Shown in pieces: positions 11,841 through 23,189 of a stretch of 64,000 nucleotides of DNA. Source of the stretch: Haplodiscus bocki (Eukaryota); the NCBI GenBank assembly GCA_965655095.1, contig OZ296657.1:15996001-16060000 (forward strand), written 5' to 3'. The number at the start of each line of letters is the position of its first letter. The stretch's first letter is position 1. The notes under the pieces were generated by a model. It did no database searches and was not told the DNA's origin. It saw only the letters and a list, made by a program, of their open reading frames with translations. Position numbers and translations under genes: made by a program.

Positions 11841-14499
11841 TAATTCCACCACAGTACTTATGCCAAAGTTTTCCTACGTACCACCATGAGCAATTGCAAT
11901 CATCAATGTATTCAACTAGATAATAGCATCCGCTTTTCAAGAAAAAAGTTCCAGTACTCTTTTTCACAGGGACCCTTGCTTTCGATTTCGATGAGGTGTC
12001 CCACTTTTATCTGCGTTTGACCTTGACATATGCTGAAAGTAGCTGTTAATTGTAAGATTAGGGATAGCTAAAACAGAACTCACTGTGTTTTGGTATCACA
12101 TATGTCTGTTTTCGAAAAGTTAGATTTTATATTAAATTACATACACAGTAATACCCTCTTTCTCAAAACAAATTTCTTGAAACATAAACAGCAACATTTT
12201 CAATTCTGGTTCCAAATGGACAACTTCTCAGCAACCTGTGAGGTTCAGTAGAACGCTCCGACATGGGAGTTGTGGGTGGTGACTTCCCATTGTCCTCCTG
12301 GTCGATTACAAAGGGTTTTCCTGTTGATTCTCTAAGTCGTCAAACCTTTTGGGGATAAGGGGTTACCTATCTCTGGTCTAAAAGCAACTTCCAGCTCCAT
12401 CAGATGATTTTCCCAGACGAAATCATAATCATCCAAGTCAGATAGCTCATTGCCATTGGTATCCATATCCTGCGCACCAGCACCAGAGAGAACTTACTTC
12501 CTGAATTTATGTGTTCCTTGCTGGCTTGGAGTGATTAGGATTGGAGCCAACTGGTTGTCTGATAATTCTTGCTTTGCGACAACAACATGTACCAATCTGC
12601 CAGAGGAACTCCTTGGGAGCTTAAAGTCAATTCTTGGTCAAGATCTACAGTCAATAAGAGAATCTAATGCAAAGTCGAGAATCCACTGGATACGGTCGTT
12701 GGAAACTGCGAAAACGATGTTGTTTTACTGTACACTGGATGTGTATAAAAGGAGTATGGGAAGGAATTTTTGGTTATCTGTATCAACCAATGGGGAGTCG
12801 AAACGATTATGCCATAAATGGATTGACTTTTGTCGTTGGAAACTGGGAAAACCATGCTGCTTCAAGGTAGATAAAAGTTGGATAAAATGAAAGTTGACAT
12901 TTTTGCTAATTCCATGAGCCAATGGGAGCTCGACACGATTATGTCATGATTGAAGGATCTTAGCCCTTTTTTGGCACAAGTTTGGGTGTTGCTGTTTCTG
13001 ACTGTGAATATTTTGGTAGCGAGGGGGACGATTTTTCTGTTTCGTACTCACGAGTCGTATCTTTCGCAAAACAAAAAGTAGCTTCACCACCAAAAAATTG
13101 AATTGTCTGTCTTTAATCTTCGAAAAGAACTTTCAAAACGTGACAGCACGCTTTGCATCGCGGACATTCGTCACAGCTTTCACCACTTTCTTTCCATGCT
13201 TGGACATCCACAAATTTGCCTGGCACCAAACCTGCCAGAACAAAACACACCTTCAAGAACGTCTTTAAATGTCTTCTGCAACTCTTCAAAGACGTATATC
13301 GCCCGGTCACATACTAAATCAAATGAGTTTGCTTGACATTTGAAGGAAAAAATGCGCACCTGGCAGGTCGACCCGCATTGCGCACATTCAGAATCGCTTT
13401 TGTCGTGACATTTCAAAGTCTTCTGTGAACGTAAAGTTTACCGAAACACATTTTATTCGGACAATAAACGTTCCCATCAAGTTTAATAGGGCTATTGTCA
13501 GATCGGTAATCAGGATCGAACATGCTGCATATCGTATTTCATCTCAGCTCTCACCTATTTCACACTTGTATGCTACGTAATACCGCTGCTTGTAGAGGTA
13601 GCAAATTTCGCGAGGAAAAAACGTTAACAATTTCTGTAAGCATACTATCATTACCGTATAGTTCAAACTTTTTGATGGAAAAGATACAACATCTGTTGTT
13701 TTCAAAACGGAACGACAAGCAACTTTTTCTGTTCCAATGTTCAATGATATTTTGAGAGCAATGACTAGGGAGAGTATATTTTGATCTAGTAGATCCAAAA
13801 TCCATTTTGGCTTTCGACAAAAGAATCGATTGACATTCGTTAGCTTAATCAAAAGCTTTGAGAAATTCGCGCAAACTGTGAGTAAACAAACGAGTTCTTT
13901 TCTGGAAATATTATCTTCTCGGAGGATCTACCGCTGCTATGTCTTCGAATCGCAAAATCGGAATAATTTGATTGCAGAAGGCTTTTTGTTGGAGCCTTTG
14001 CTAACTCGGGCATATCCAAGCTGGGACTGGCAATAGTCAAAAATGTTGTGCTGAAAACAACTCAACGAACGTTTCGTCCAAAAACTTCTGGTACTGCTTC
14101 GTAAAATGAAAAAAGTTTGCAAACTGGGAAGTTGCTTTTCCACAGACATCAACTGCTTTGAGTCAGTTAACTCTGATAATTGATTTTATCGGTGGCTTAG
14201 TGGTAAAAGCGATGCAGTTGGTTGAGAATTTCGGTTTCCAGCGACAGTCATGCTATCATTCCGACCACTCAGATTTAAATATTTCACTTTTGACAATAGA
14301 TTGTGAAGCTGTGGGGTACTGGTTAAAAACTTTCTGTGTTCACCACGTTAAGGAGTACTCAAAGAACTTACGACCATAAATTCATGAATCTGTGATCGGA
14401 AGCTCATAACCTCTAGACACTGTGCAAAATTGAACTTTTGCTTCTTCTATGGCGTTCTTTTTGATTGACAGCTGAGACGAAATTACAAAAGATAAAAAG

Positions 14500-14780
14500 T
14501 TAATTTTCTCAGAGCGGCTTTCTCCCAATCAGGGGAACTCGTTGCAATTGAGTGATTTTCTGCGACAACCTCTTCACTTATCAGGTTGATAAGATCGACT
14601 TGGAATTTTTCCCAAGACAACGCGTCCCCTTATCAGAGGAAATTGTTCCACTTGATTTTCTCAGACAGCATGCCATCTTAACAGGGAACTTGATCCACTT
14701 CACCATTTTTCTCAGACAATAGGTCCCCATTCGAGATGAAGAAAAGCTTAGGCAATTAAATTTTTCTGATGACCATATGT
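14500..14780. repeat. Degenerate ~50-60-bp tandem repeat
   Basis: Recurrent GG(G)AAxTxxTxCACTT...TTTTCTCAGAC units at ~14532, 14638 and 14684. Confidence 0.4.
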
Positions 14781-15329
14781 CCATCTTGAAAAATATATGA
14801 CTGTTCGAGAGCTCCTTTTATGGTCAACTGAATAAGTCTCACAAACATGGTCTTTGCAGATATGGTAGAAAAGAAGAAAAACACTGGCTACAATTAAATC
14901 GCCATCATTTCTATTGCTACAATCGTTACGCTTTCAGAACATTGTGTTAGACTATTATTACTGCAATACCCTCACTTATTCAAAAAAAACTGCTTGTTGA
15001 ATTGTGGAACACAACCAAAAAAAAATTGTACGATACAAGAAAAGATGTTCAAATGGAATACTGTAATGTACCTAATGTCCAAAATTGACATCCACCTCTC
15101 AGGATAACTTGAACTTTAATATAGCAAAGAAGCATAGCTCAACCAGGTCCAAAAAGATTCACAAGTGTTGACCACGCGGTATAGACTTTCCCAGTTTCTA
15201 TTGCTTGCGATTACACAGACAATAGATTTATGGAGCAAAAAGTGAATTAGAAGCAAAAAAAAAACAAACAAATTTAAAAAATACTCGGAGAAGCAGACGA
15301 CGATATTTGCATCACAACCCCAATAAAAA

Positions 15330-16005
15330 TGTTTTTTTTTAAGAAACTTCGTCTGGTATGCACAAAAAAATTACCAATTGTTATGTAAACTCTTGTGAAA
15401 GGCTCCAATGATTTTGCGCAATCTGCTGTTAATGCTCGACAAGAAGACTAAAACCCTAGCTTGTGTTGTAGCAGGAACAAAAAAACTGCTTACCAACAGT
15501 TCCTATGGTTATCAAAATATAGATCGTAGTCGTCATTCTGTTACCAAATACCTGAATGATGATATGATGCATGCAGCAATAGACAACAAACTGTCCAAAA
15601 GACCACCCCATATCAATGATTAACTCTATGAAGTGGAACTGGTGAAGTGAGAGTTTGAACATTAAGAGCCAACCATTGTAAGTTTTTTCTCTTGCAGTAA
15701 GCTAAATTGGGAAATTTGAAGCTCTATTACAACTTCTTCACACAAAAACTTTGCGATACAGACAAATACGAAGAGATGGAAATGGATAGACTCTCTCTAT
15801 TTAGCACTCACAGGGAAAGATTTGTATAGTTGTATCCGAGAAGAGAAAAGGCAGGAGCGGGAGTCGTTGTGATGCTACCTTCACCGCAGACGCTTGCTGT
15901 AACTTTCCCCGTACATGTTGCGCAAAACACAGAAAAAAAACACAAGAGAGAGCCTGGACTGTTCAAGGAAACGTTTCGTTGCACTGAACTGTTGTTTGCA
16001 TATAT
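15330..16005 (+). pseudogene. Protein-primed family-B DNA polymerase remnant (C-terminal palm region)
   Basis: KKLLTNSSYGYQNIDRSRHSVTKYLND (PolB motif KxxxNSxYG, 15481-15560). A damaged EMD(T)DSLYLA motif lies at ~15775-15808, and KHKREPGLFKETFRCTELL at ~15935-15995. Multiple stops and frameshifts. Confidence 0.85.
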
Positions 16006-17046
16006 CCCGAACACCTCCACCTCCGCAGCCCCATGTTAAAACATTGATTCTCTAGACTCCGCCGAATACTTACTATAGCCCTATCTTTATACATTGATCC
16101 CACGTAATCCCACCCGAGAAGGGACTTCCACACTCGAATGAATTTGCCCACCACTCGTATCTCGGAGCTAATAGCACATCTTAAAACATGGAGGGACCTC
16201 AACCACCCCCCCCCTCCCCTCAATCTCGCCTGCTCAATCTCTCACTATTTAACAAACAGCTGGAAAAAAATTTCAATTAATTATGTTAACATTTAGTTAT
16301 TAACAGATTTACAAGCTTTTTGGGCAAATCGACAACTTTTTCGCAAATGTTTCGAAATCATTGGGAAACAGAACGATTTTCTTTTCGTTACGTCGGAAAA
16401 CAGATAAATTTTGAGAAAAAAGAGCCCACAATTTAAACAACCCTTAATTATGTAAAACAACTGTATTTTTTCCTCTAAAGAAATGAAAGGTGTTAGCGAG
16501 TATCTACTATAAAAAAGGTAAACAGTCATGGCCCATTGCAGGATTCTAACCCACTTCATGTGGATTACCTAACCCCGGTGCCAATCCATATTTGTATATT
16601 ACAAGCCATCAACGATTCTGCAGGCATGTAGTCTGCGTGTCATGGACAAAACCAGGGAAAGAAAAACTCCGGCTACTGAATGGAAGGTTTTCCTTTCCAC
16701 AAAAAGATTGTGATGGAATAAAACGAACACATAGGTATCAAGGATGTTGGTTATCAAGCGCTAACAACTTGGAATAGTAAAACAAATGAAAATGAGCGAA
16801 TTTAGTAAAAAATGACTGATTATTTCAAGTGGGAAACTACGATGCGACTTATGTTTACAAACTTGAGAGAATTTGAATTAATTACATGGACTTGAAATCG
16901 CAGAGCAAAAGTGACGCTCACTCTAGCCTGCCGAAGCGAAAAACAGCGAAAAGAACGAAAGTAAATTTAAAAAAAACAACAACATTTTGGCTGAACAAGT
17001 CGTTTTATAATTCCTATAAACAGACGAAGCCAAACAATATCTGCTT

Positions 17047-17505
17047 TTAATTTCGATTTTCAAAGTCACTTTCATTCAAAGCCACAAGCAGCGTTCTTTC
17101 TAACAAGGCGTCAATCGACAATGATTGACTTGTGAACAGCTTTTTAAATAATAGTGTTTGTTTCCTTCCTGAAGATGCCTTAAGATGCATATCGACTGAT
17201 TCATCTGGGTTTTCATAGTCAACTTTCTCCGAAACTACCTGCTGGATTTCTTCCATCAAGGCTTCAATCGAAAGCTTTCCACTCCTAGAAGATGAGTCAA
17301 TGACAAAATTCCTAGCATCAGAACATTGAAGGACCAAAAATGTCAAAAGACTATTCCTGCTACTCAAACTTGCATTTTCTTCAACGCAGCTGTCATTTCT
17401 TCCATACATGTGTCCATCGGAAATTTTGCAATCGTATTCAGTTATCATAAGATTGAATACTGCCTTTTCTGACTCCAACGGAAACCTGAGAAGCCTAAGT
17501 TGCAA
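17047..17505 (-). pseudogene. Probable virus-like element ORF remnant (possibly N-terminal region of a primase/helicase-type gene)
   Basis: 152-codon open stretch with protein-like composition next to the pPolB relic. No catalytic motif is visible, so the assignment is weak. Confidence 0.25.
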
Positions 17506-18329
17506 AAATTTGAAAACTGGTATGATTGGTCTCGAAATTCAACTAGATTGTCATCAAAACAACCGGCGGGATTTTTTTATGAAGATCTCCATCGACAGTT
17601 TTCTACATAAACATTTATTCAATTGTTCGTCTAGATCTTTGTACTGAAACCAGACAGGCCAAAAACGGAAAAAGTTGCATATACCTGTAATTAATCTTCA
17701 TATTTAAATTCATAATAAATTGTTCCAGAACCACTGGCTTAGTTTTTCTCCATCAACAATTTTCTACTTTTGAGTTACTAAAAAAACAACTGAGTTTAGT
17801 TAGTTGCGTTGGAAAGCAGATGTATCGAAACTGCCACTAGCGCAAAGAGCTATGATTTTTCTGGGGATTCAAACTTACATTTCTTCAAAACTACCAGATG
17901 GATCTCTTTTAAGATCTCAACCAACAACTTTCTATGTGTGGAAGGTTATTCGATACATATATCGCGACAAATGTTTCGCATATGAAAGCATCATAAGCCG
18001 GAAATGGGAAAATGCCATTTGTAGTTTTTCTCCATACTCAACCTAATTTTTTTCATAAAGACCGGTTGGATTTCTACTATCAAGGTCTAAAGATATTTTC
18101 ATGCTTTGAGAAGATTGTTCATGAAAAAATCGCGGTCTTTGTACTTTACTTTGGAGCCCTGCTAGATTAATAATGCCAAGAAATGCATAAAGTAATGGAG
18201 AACATATTTCAGGAAAATCTGTGAAATTTGGATCCAAAACGCTTGTCGTTAAGTTTTTTTCTAAACATTCGCAAAACCTGACCATAAAACATTGTGGTCG
18301 GCCGAAGAACATGGCGCTAGATGGTTGTT

Positions 18330-18700
18330 TTGGTTTCAATGCTGCAACCTGTGAAAAAATCAACAACACATTTGGCTACCACCTGTATATTTTCCGCCCT
18401 CTAACTTTGTTCAAAATGCGTTTTAGATGGGAAAAGGCATTCTAGAGCAAAATTGCATTTTCGTGTAAGTTCAAAAAAGTTCTTTCTAAAAACCCTTAAC
18501 TTTGGTCAAAAGACATTTTTAGAATTAATACCCTTCTATACGCATTCTACAACAAGTTTGCTATTTTTTCCTGACTCGAATGTTTTGCCTGATAATTCAA
18601 TTAAAAAAGCCTATATTTTAGTTGAAAAAAAAGGCGTTTTAAGAAAAATTACAATTTTGGACGCATTCTTGCGGCAATCTGATGCGGTTAAAAGTCGTGC
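18330..18700 (+). repeat. Non-autonomous interspersed repeat (MITE-like), related to 40430-41420
   Basis: TTACAATTTTGGACGCATTCTTGCGGCAATC (~18649-18679) matches the reverse complement of AATTGCCGCAGAATGCGACTAAAATAGTAA (~41131-41160). Internal CGCATTCT..AGCAAATTTGC sub-repeats. Confidence 0.6.
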
Positions 18701-18896
18701 AGATTAGTGAAATATGCCAGAATCGTGCAATTGGCAAGTAAAACAGAAAAAACCCAGGCGGCGAGAGATTTTCCCCCACATTATAAATAAGGCAGAAAAT
18801 AACCAAGTGGTAGATCCGAGAAAAACGGGCAGAAGTCATAGTTTCTACTACTAACTGAAATCTCGAAAATCCGAGGAAGAATGAGCATTTTAAGAA

Positions 18897-21881
18897 TTAA
18901 ATTGTGTACCAACGTTGTTGCTTTTCGGCCTGCTGTTCCACTGCGCGCTTCTGTCCAACAGCCAGCGCCGCATGTATCTTCTTATTGGCCAACTCTAATT
19001 CTTTATTTTTCACGTTTTCTCGATCCAGTTCTTTCTTCTGCCAATCTTCGCTCAACCCAGTCGCTTGGAAGAATTGGTTCCTAAAATTCATCAAAACAGG
19101 CTTCATCGCGGCTTAGATATTGGATAGTCATATAATTGATAGTCATAATCTAAGTTGATCGAAAGTGAACTATTTAGCATGCACCCGAAAGTGAAAATAG
19201 ACGTTCACACGCTATCCGATATTAGAGGGAAAGAACAAATTTCACATCCGGCAAGTCTCAACAGGCCAAGAATAGCCAAAGTCGGCGCCGCCCACATGCA
19301 TCACAAAATACTCATCGGACCGAGTTGATTTTGGTGGTGTTTGAAAAAATGTATTTTGGTATAACTTTTGGTATGAAATGTAAGAAAACATAGCTTATGC
19401 TGGGATTCGAAACCGCTACTTGTCGATTTGGTAGATGTATGGTATATTTTCCCGTATAAAATGTTTAAAAAAGTAGCCTAAGCAGGGGTTTTGGACTCCT
19501 TTTGTCCTGCCCACTAGGCCACGGAGATATATCATGAGCTCCAGGCAAACTCTGTAAAGGTGAATTGATTCGAAAGGAGGTCCGTTGTCTCACGAAAGAA
19601 AAACAGTAATAGTCGGCATCTTTATTTCATAAAGCGCGACTAAAACTAGGCTTAAATACTTTTGTTAATCGAACCGAAACGCATTGTCACCTTAAACTGT
19701 TTTTATTACTCCCCTGTAATCCAGACTTGCAAAAAAGAGCATTAAAAATTTCGCGCTTGAATCTTCCAAAAATCGCCCTCAAGAAGTGTGTTCTGGCATT
19801 TATAAACCATTTTCTCAAATTTCAAAGAGATCATTTCGAAAAAATAAATAGCTCCCCAACCTTTGGTCGATCTGATCGAATCTATTGAGGCTGGGCATTG
19901 GCTGCGCAACCACCTTCACAGGGGTCAAACTAGCTGAAGCCACGTTGAAAGGCGCTACTACAGATGCGAACTGTGGAGGTACTTTTAGCTGCTGTGGTTG
20001 ACCAACTGAAGCTCCTGGCACCACTGCTCCAGCCGGAGAATGGAATTTATTTACTCCGTTCAGGTGGTCAAATTTCGGAAGAACAGAGGGCGGAATCAGT
20101 GGCAACATGTTATCTAAATAAAGTTTCATGAGCGAACACTTGCAATCAGTTTTTGTAGATACAGAAGTTGAAAAAACTTGACTTGAGGACAGGGATTAGT
20201 TCTGTAAATATTTTGAAGGAATCTATTGCCCAATTCAAATTTTATACCAAATATCTATCATAAAGTTTTGCTTTGCACCGTATATAAGCATTTTCTATAA
20301 TTATTCGTCCGGTTTTTCAGACGATGTATACTTTTATAATATAAAGTAAAGTAGTATACTTTTATATTAGCTCGGATTTAAAAATTATATGATTCAAAAC
20401 TCATTGAAGTTGACCGTTCCTGAAATCAACAAGGCCGAGAGCTTGAAAATCGTCGTCAGAAGTTCGATAGGTTAGACGAAAAAGTCAATAAAACAGAAAT
20501 CATTTCCAGAAGACTTCCTGTTGTAGGATGAAACCAAAGGAAGCAAGAAAGTAAAACTTACTCGGACTTGGGGTGATAAATGAAGGTATGATAGGCAATC
20601 TGTGAGGTGCTCCAGGAGGAAAAGCGGGAAGTGCTTGCGATGGAAACGGTGGAACAGGAAATCTCTGCTGCTGTTGTTTGGGCAATTCATGAAATTTAGA
20701 CCTTAGTTGATTCTCATTTGCAGGCGTTATCCACGAGTTTGACATTTCGTTTCCATTAACTGGCCCCAAAAAACTTTCCAAACCAAACCGGGGTGGCAGC
20801 TGATTACCATAACTCCGTTTAATTTCAGAGTTTCCATTTGGTTGAAATGGGATAGAAACTGCGCCATTCAGCTGGTTACCAAATCCAGAACTCCGCAATT
20901 CAGCTGCAACACATACTTGAATACTTGGCAAATGAAAAGTATTTTGCTTGTGAATGACAGATTTTAATTCAACAATCTCACCCACAGAAAAGCTAACACA
21001 CAAATAAATCAGGGAAGTTTCTCAAAAAAAATAACTGTTCGCGTGAGAATATCTGACCACTTCCAATTGGGTTTTGGCCAATTATTAGAGATTGGTGAGC
21101 ATAAGAAAACGCTACAGCAGCAATTTATCCACGTTGTTTTACTAACGTGAATAGAAACGGTGAAGATCGTAGTTTCATTACTGAAGAATGCTTCAGAGGT
21201 GACGAACCTAGCATTCACTAACCAAACTTTCGATTTTTTTAAAAACAAACCTGGAGGAGCTCTCTCCATGAATGATGAAGGGTTAGCACCTGCTTCATGA
21301 ACTGGGCTGCCAGGTATAATAGGAGTTGGCTTGGCTGGTTCGTCAGTTTTATCAAACAATATGGGAACCCCTTCATCGTCCGACAGTACCTCTTCAGGCG
21401 ATAAGGGTTGTTTCAATTCATTATTATCCAAATTTTGTGTGTTTGAATCGACTATTTCAGCGTCGGACTTGACTTCCTCACCATCGTTATTATTACTCAA
21501 GCAATGCTTCTTGTAGTAGTTCTTGATAAACTTAGTACTGCCGTCAGTGTAGTAGTGGCCGTTATTCTTGTAATAAATTTTCTGAAACTCGTAGTACAAG
21601 TTCTCCCATTTTTTCTTAGCTTCCTTGTCGTCATACTCTGTGCCTGAATCTTCACTGGATGACACAGATTTCCGCCGATATTTATATTTCTTCTTGGACT
21701 TTCGCTTCTTCTTTTTTGCCTTCTTAATACGCAATTTCTCATCTTCATCGGGTGAATCATCAACGGTCGCAATTTCTGCCTGAATGGCTGTATCCGATGT
21801 TGTCTCTTCTTTTGTATCTAGAGGCAAGCTGTTCTCCGTGATAAATACGGATTCATCATCATTCAGAACAGCGGCACTCAT
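18897..21881 (-). CDS. Spliced host gene, uncharacterised low-complexity protein (~469 aa). Exons 21881-21251, 20903-20562, 20113-19861, 19080-18897
   Basis: Donors CAG|GTTTGT, CGA|GTAAGT, AAG|GTTGGG and acceptors TTGCAG, ATTTAG, TTTTAG have matching phases (1,1,2). The exon total is 1410 nt, or 470 codons. The protein has an acidic N-terminus, a basic NLS-like run (KKAKKKKRKSKKKYKYRRK), a Pro/Gln-rich middle and a predicted coiled-coil C-terminus. Extra micro-exons between 21250 and 20904 cannot be excluded. Confidence 0.75.
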
Positions 21882-22893
21882 AGGACTGAAAAACCGAAGA
21901 TTTGCATCGAGTCTAGCGGTTACTCTAAAAGAAACAAAACTTTGGAGCCCGTGAATATTTGACAGGATGTGAAGTAACAGACAGTGTCAAAAAAATTTTA
22001 GATTTGACCTTTCGAAAATACCCGATTTAATGTCCGAAACGAAAAAAAAACAGGGTCCTTCGGGGCTTGACTAGCGAATTATTAAAAAAGGAAATGAAAC
22101 CTAATAGGTCGTATTAAGGACTCCTAGTTTTACTTCTGCACAAACTTCAGGTGATAAAGAGGCCTAAGTGCCAAAAATATAAAACAAAAAAGATTGAGGG
22201 TTGACAAAATAGCCATAATGATCTTTCTAATTTGCTTATTTAAAAACATGTCGATTAATTTAACGGGTTTTCTATCGGAGCCTACTTGTTTTTTTCTATG
22301 CAGCAATTAGGTGACGCGGAGACCTACAAACCAAAAAATAGTAGTTCGAATCAGGCATACTACAAAATCACGCTAAGCTTCGTCGAAATTGACGCAGAGA
22401 AATACGCAAAATCATGAAACTTCAAGCTTTCACAGAATTTGTTGCAAAATGCTGACTTTCTAACGAAGTTTATGAAGATCAGATACCAAATTCTCATTGC
22501 ATAATTTTTTTACGAGCAGCCAAAAGCTAAAACATGTTTCTTAGCAGCCTGCTTTCGCCTGCAGCCCCCAAAAGTTGTGTGTTGTCCAATAACTCATCGA
22601 ATTAGGCAAGTGATCATGAAACAAGAGTTCGAAATTAATTAAAACAAAACCTTGACTGTTTTTCGTTGTTCTCACGCTAAATCTCGTTATTGTCACACCG
22701 TGAAACGCTCGGCCTCCTTGTACGCCAATTCATGTTCGAATATGAAAAAGTTCCATTGAAAACAAATCATCAATTTTTTTCCGTCATATTATTACGAAAG
22801 GAAAATCATTGACTCAGTTTTATCCGCGCGTTAGGCAACCCTGAGTCAGTTTCGCAAGTGAATTCTCTCTTACTCTTAGAGTCTTCATTGCAT

Positions 22894-22979
22894 GCCTCTA
22901 TGGCTCGGTGATCGATGACAACAGTCAATCAGCACCATTCAGTCACAAGAACACCTGAGTTCGAACACCAACCCCACCA
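22894..22979 (+). other. tRNA-derived (SINE-like) head with Pol III A and B boxes
   Basis: A-box-like TGGCTCGGTG (22901-22910), B-box-like GAGTTCGAAC (22957-22966), ending in ...CACCA. It does not fold as a clean cloverleaf. Confidence 0.4.
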
Positions 22980-23189
22980 AATTAATTTCAACTCATTTTG
23001 CTATTTCACCAACTAATTAGAAACAAAGTTATAAAAACAAGATAAGCTTTTCTGTTCTTGATTTCTTACGGTTTCGTATGCATAAAACCTCAGAATTGAT
23101 ATTTTGACCCAATTTGGAAAGTCAAACTTGAGTTTGACGAAAACCTGAAAATGACAATTTTAATTTCTCTGATGAGAAACAATTGGAAA

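Larger units (their letters stand above)
8906..16005. mobile_element. Degenerate Polinton/adintovirus-like endogenous element, copy 1
   Basis: Ends in a pPolB remnant (15330-16005). It carries several broken ORFs whose nucleotide sequence and order recur at ~48.5-55.7 kb (e.g. 9988-10020 vs 49289-49320; 12459-12478 vs 52001-52020). Confidence 0.75.

Noticed and set aside
21009-21250. C-terminal part of the 290-aa single-exon ORF
   Set aside because: Composition changes after a good donor site at 21250. It is probably intron read-through.
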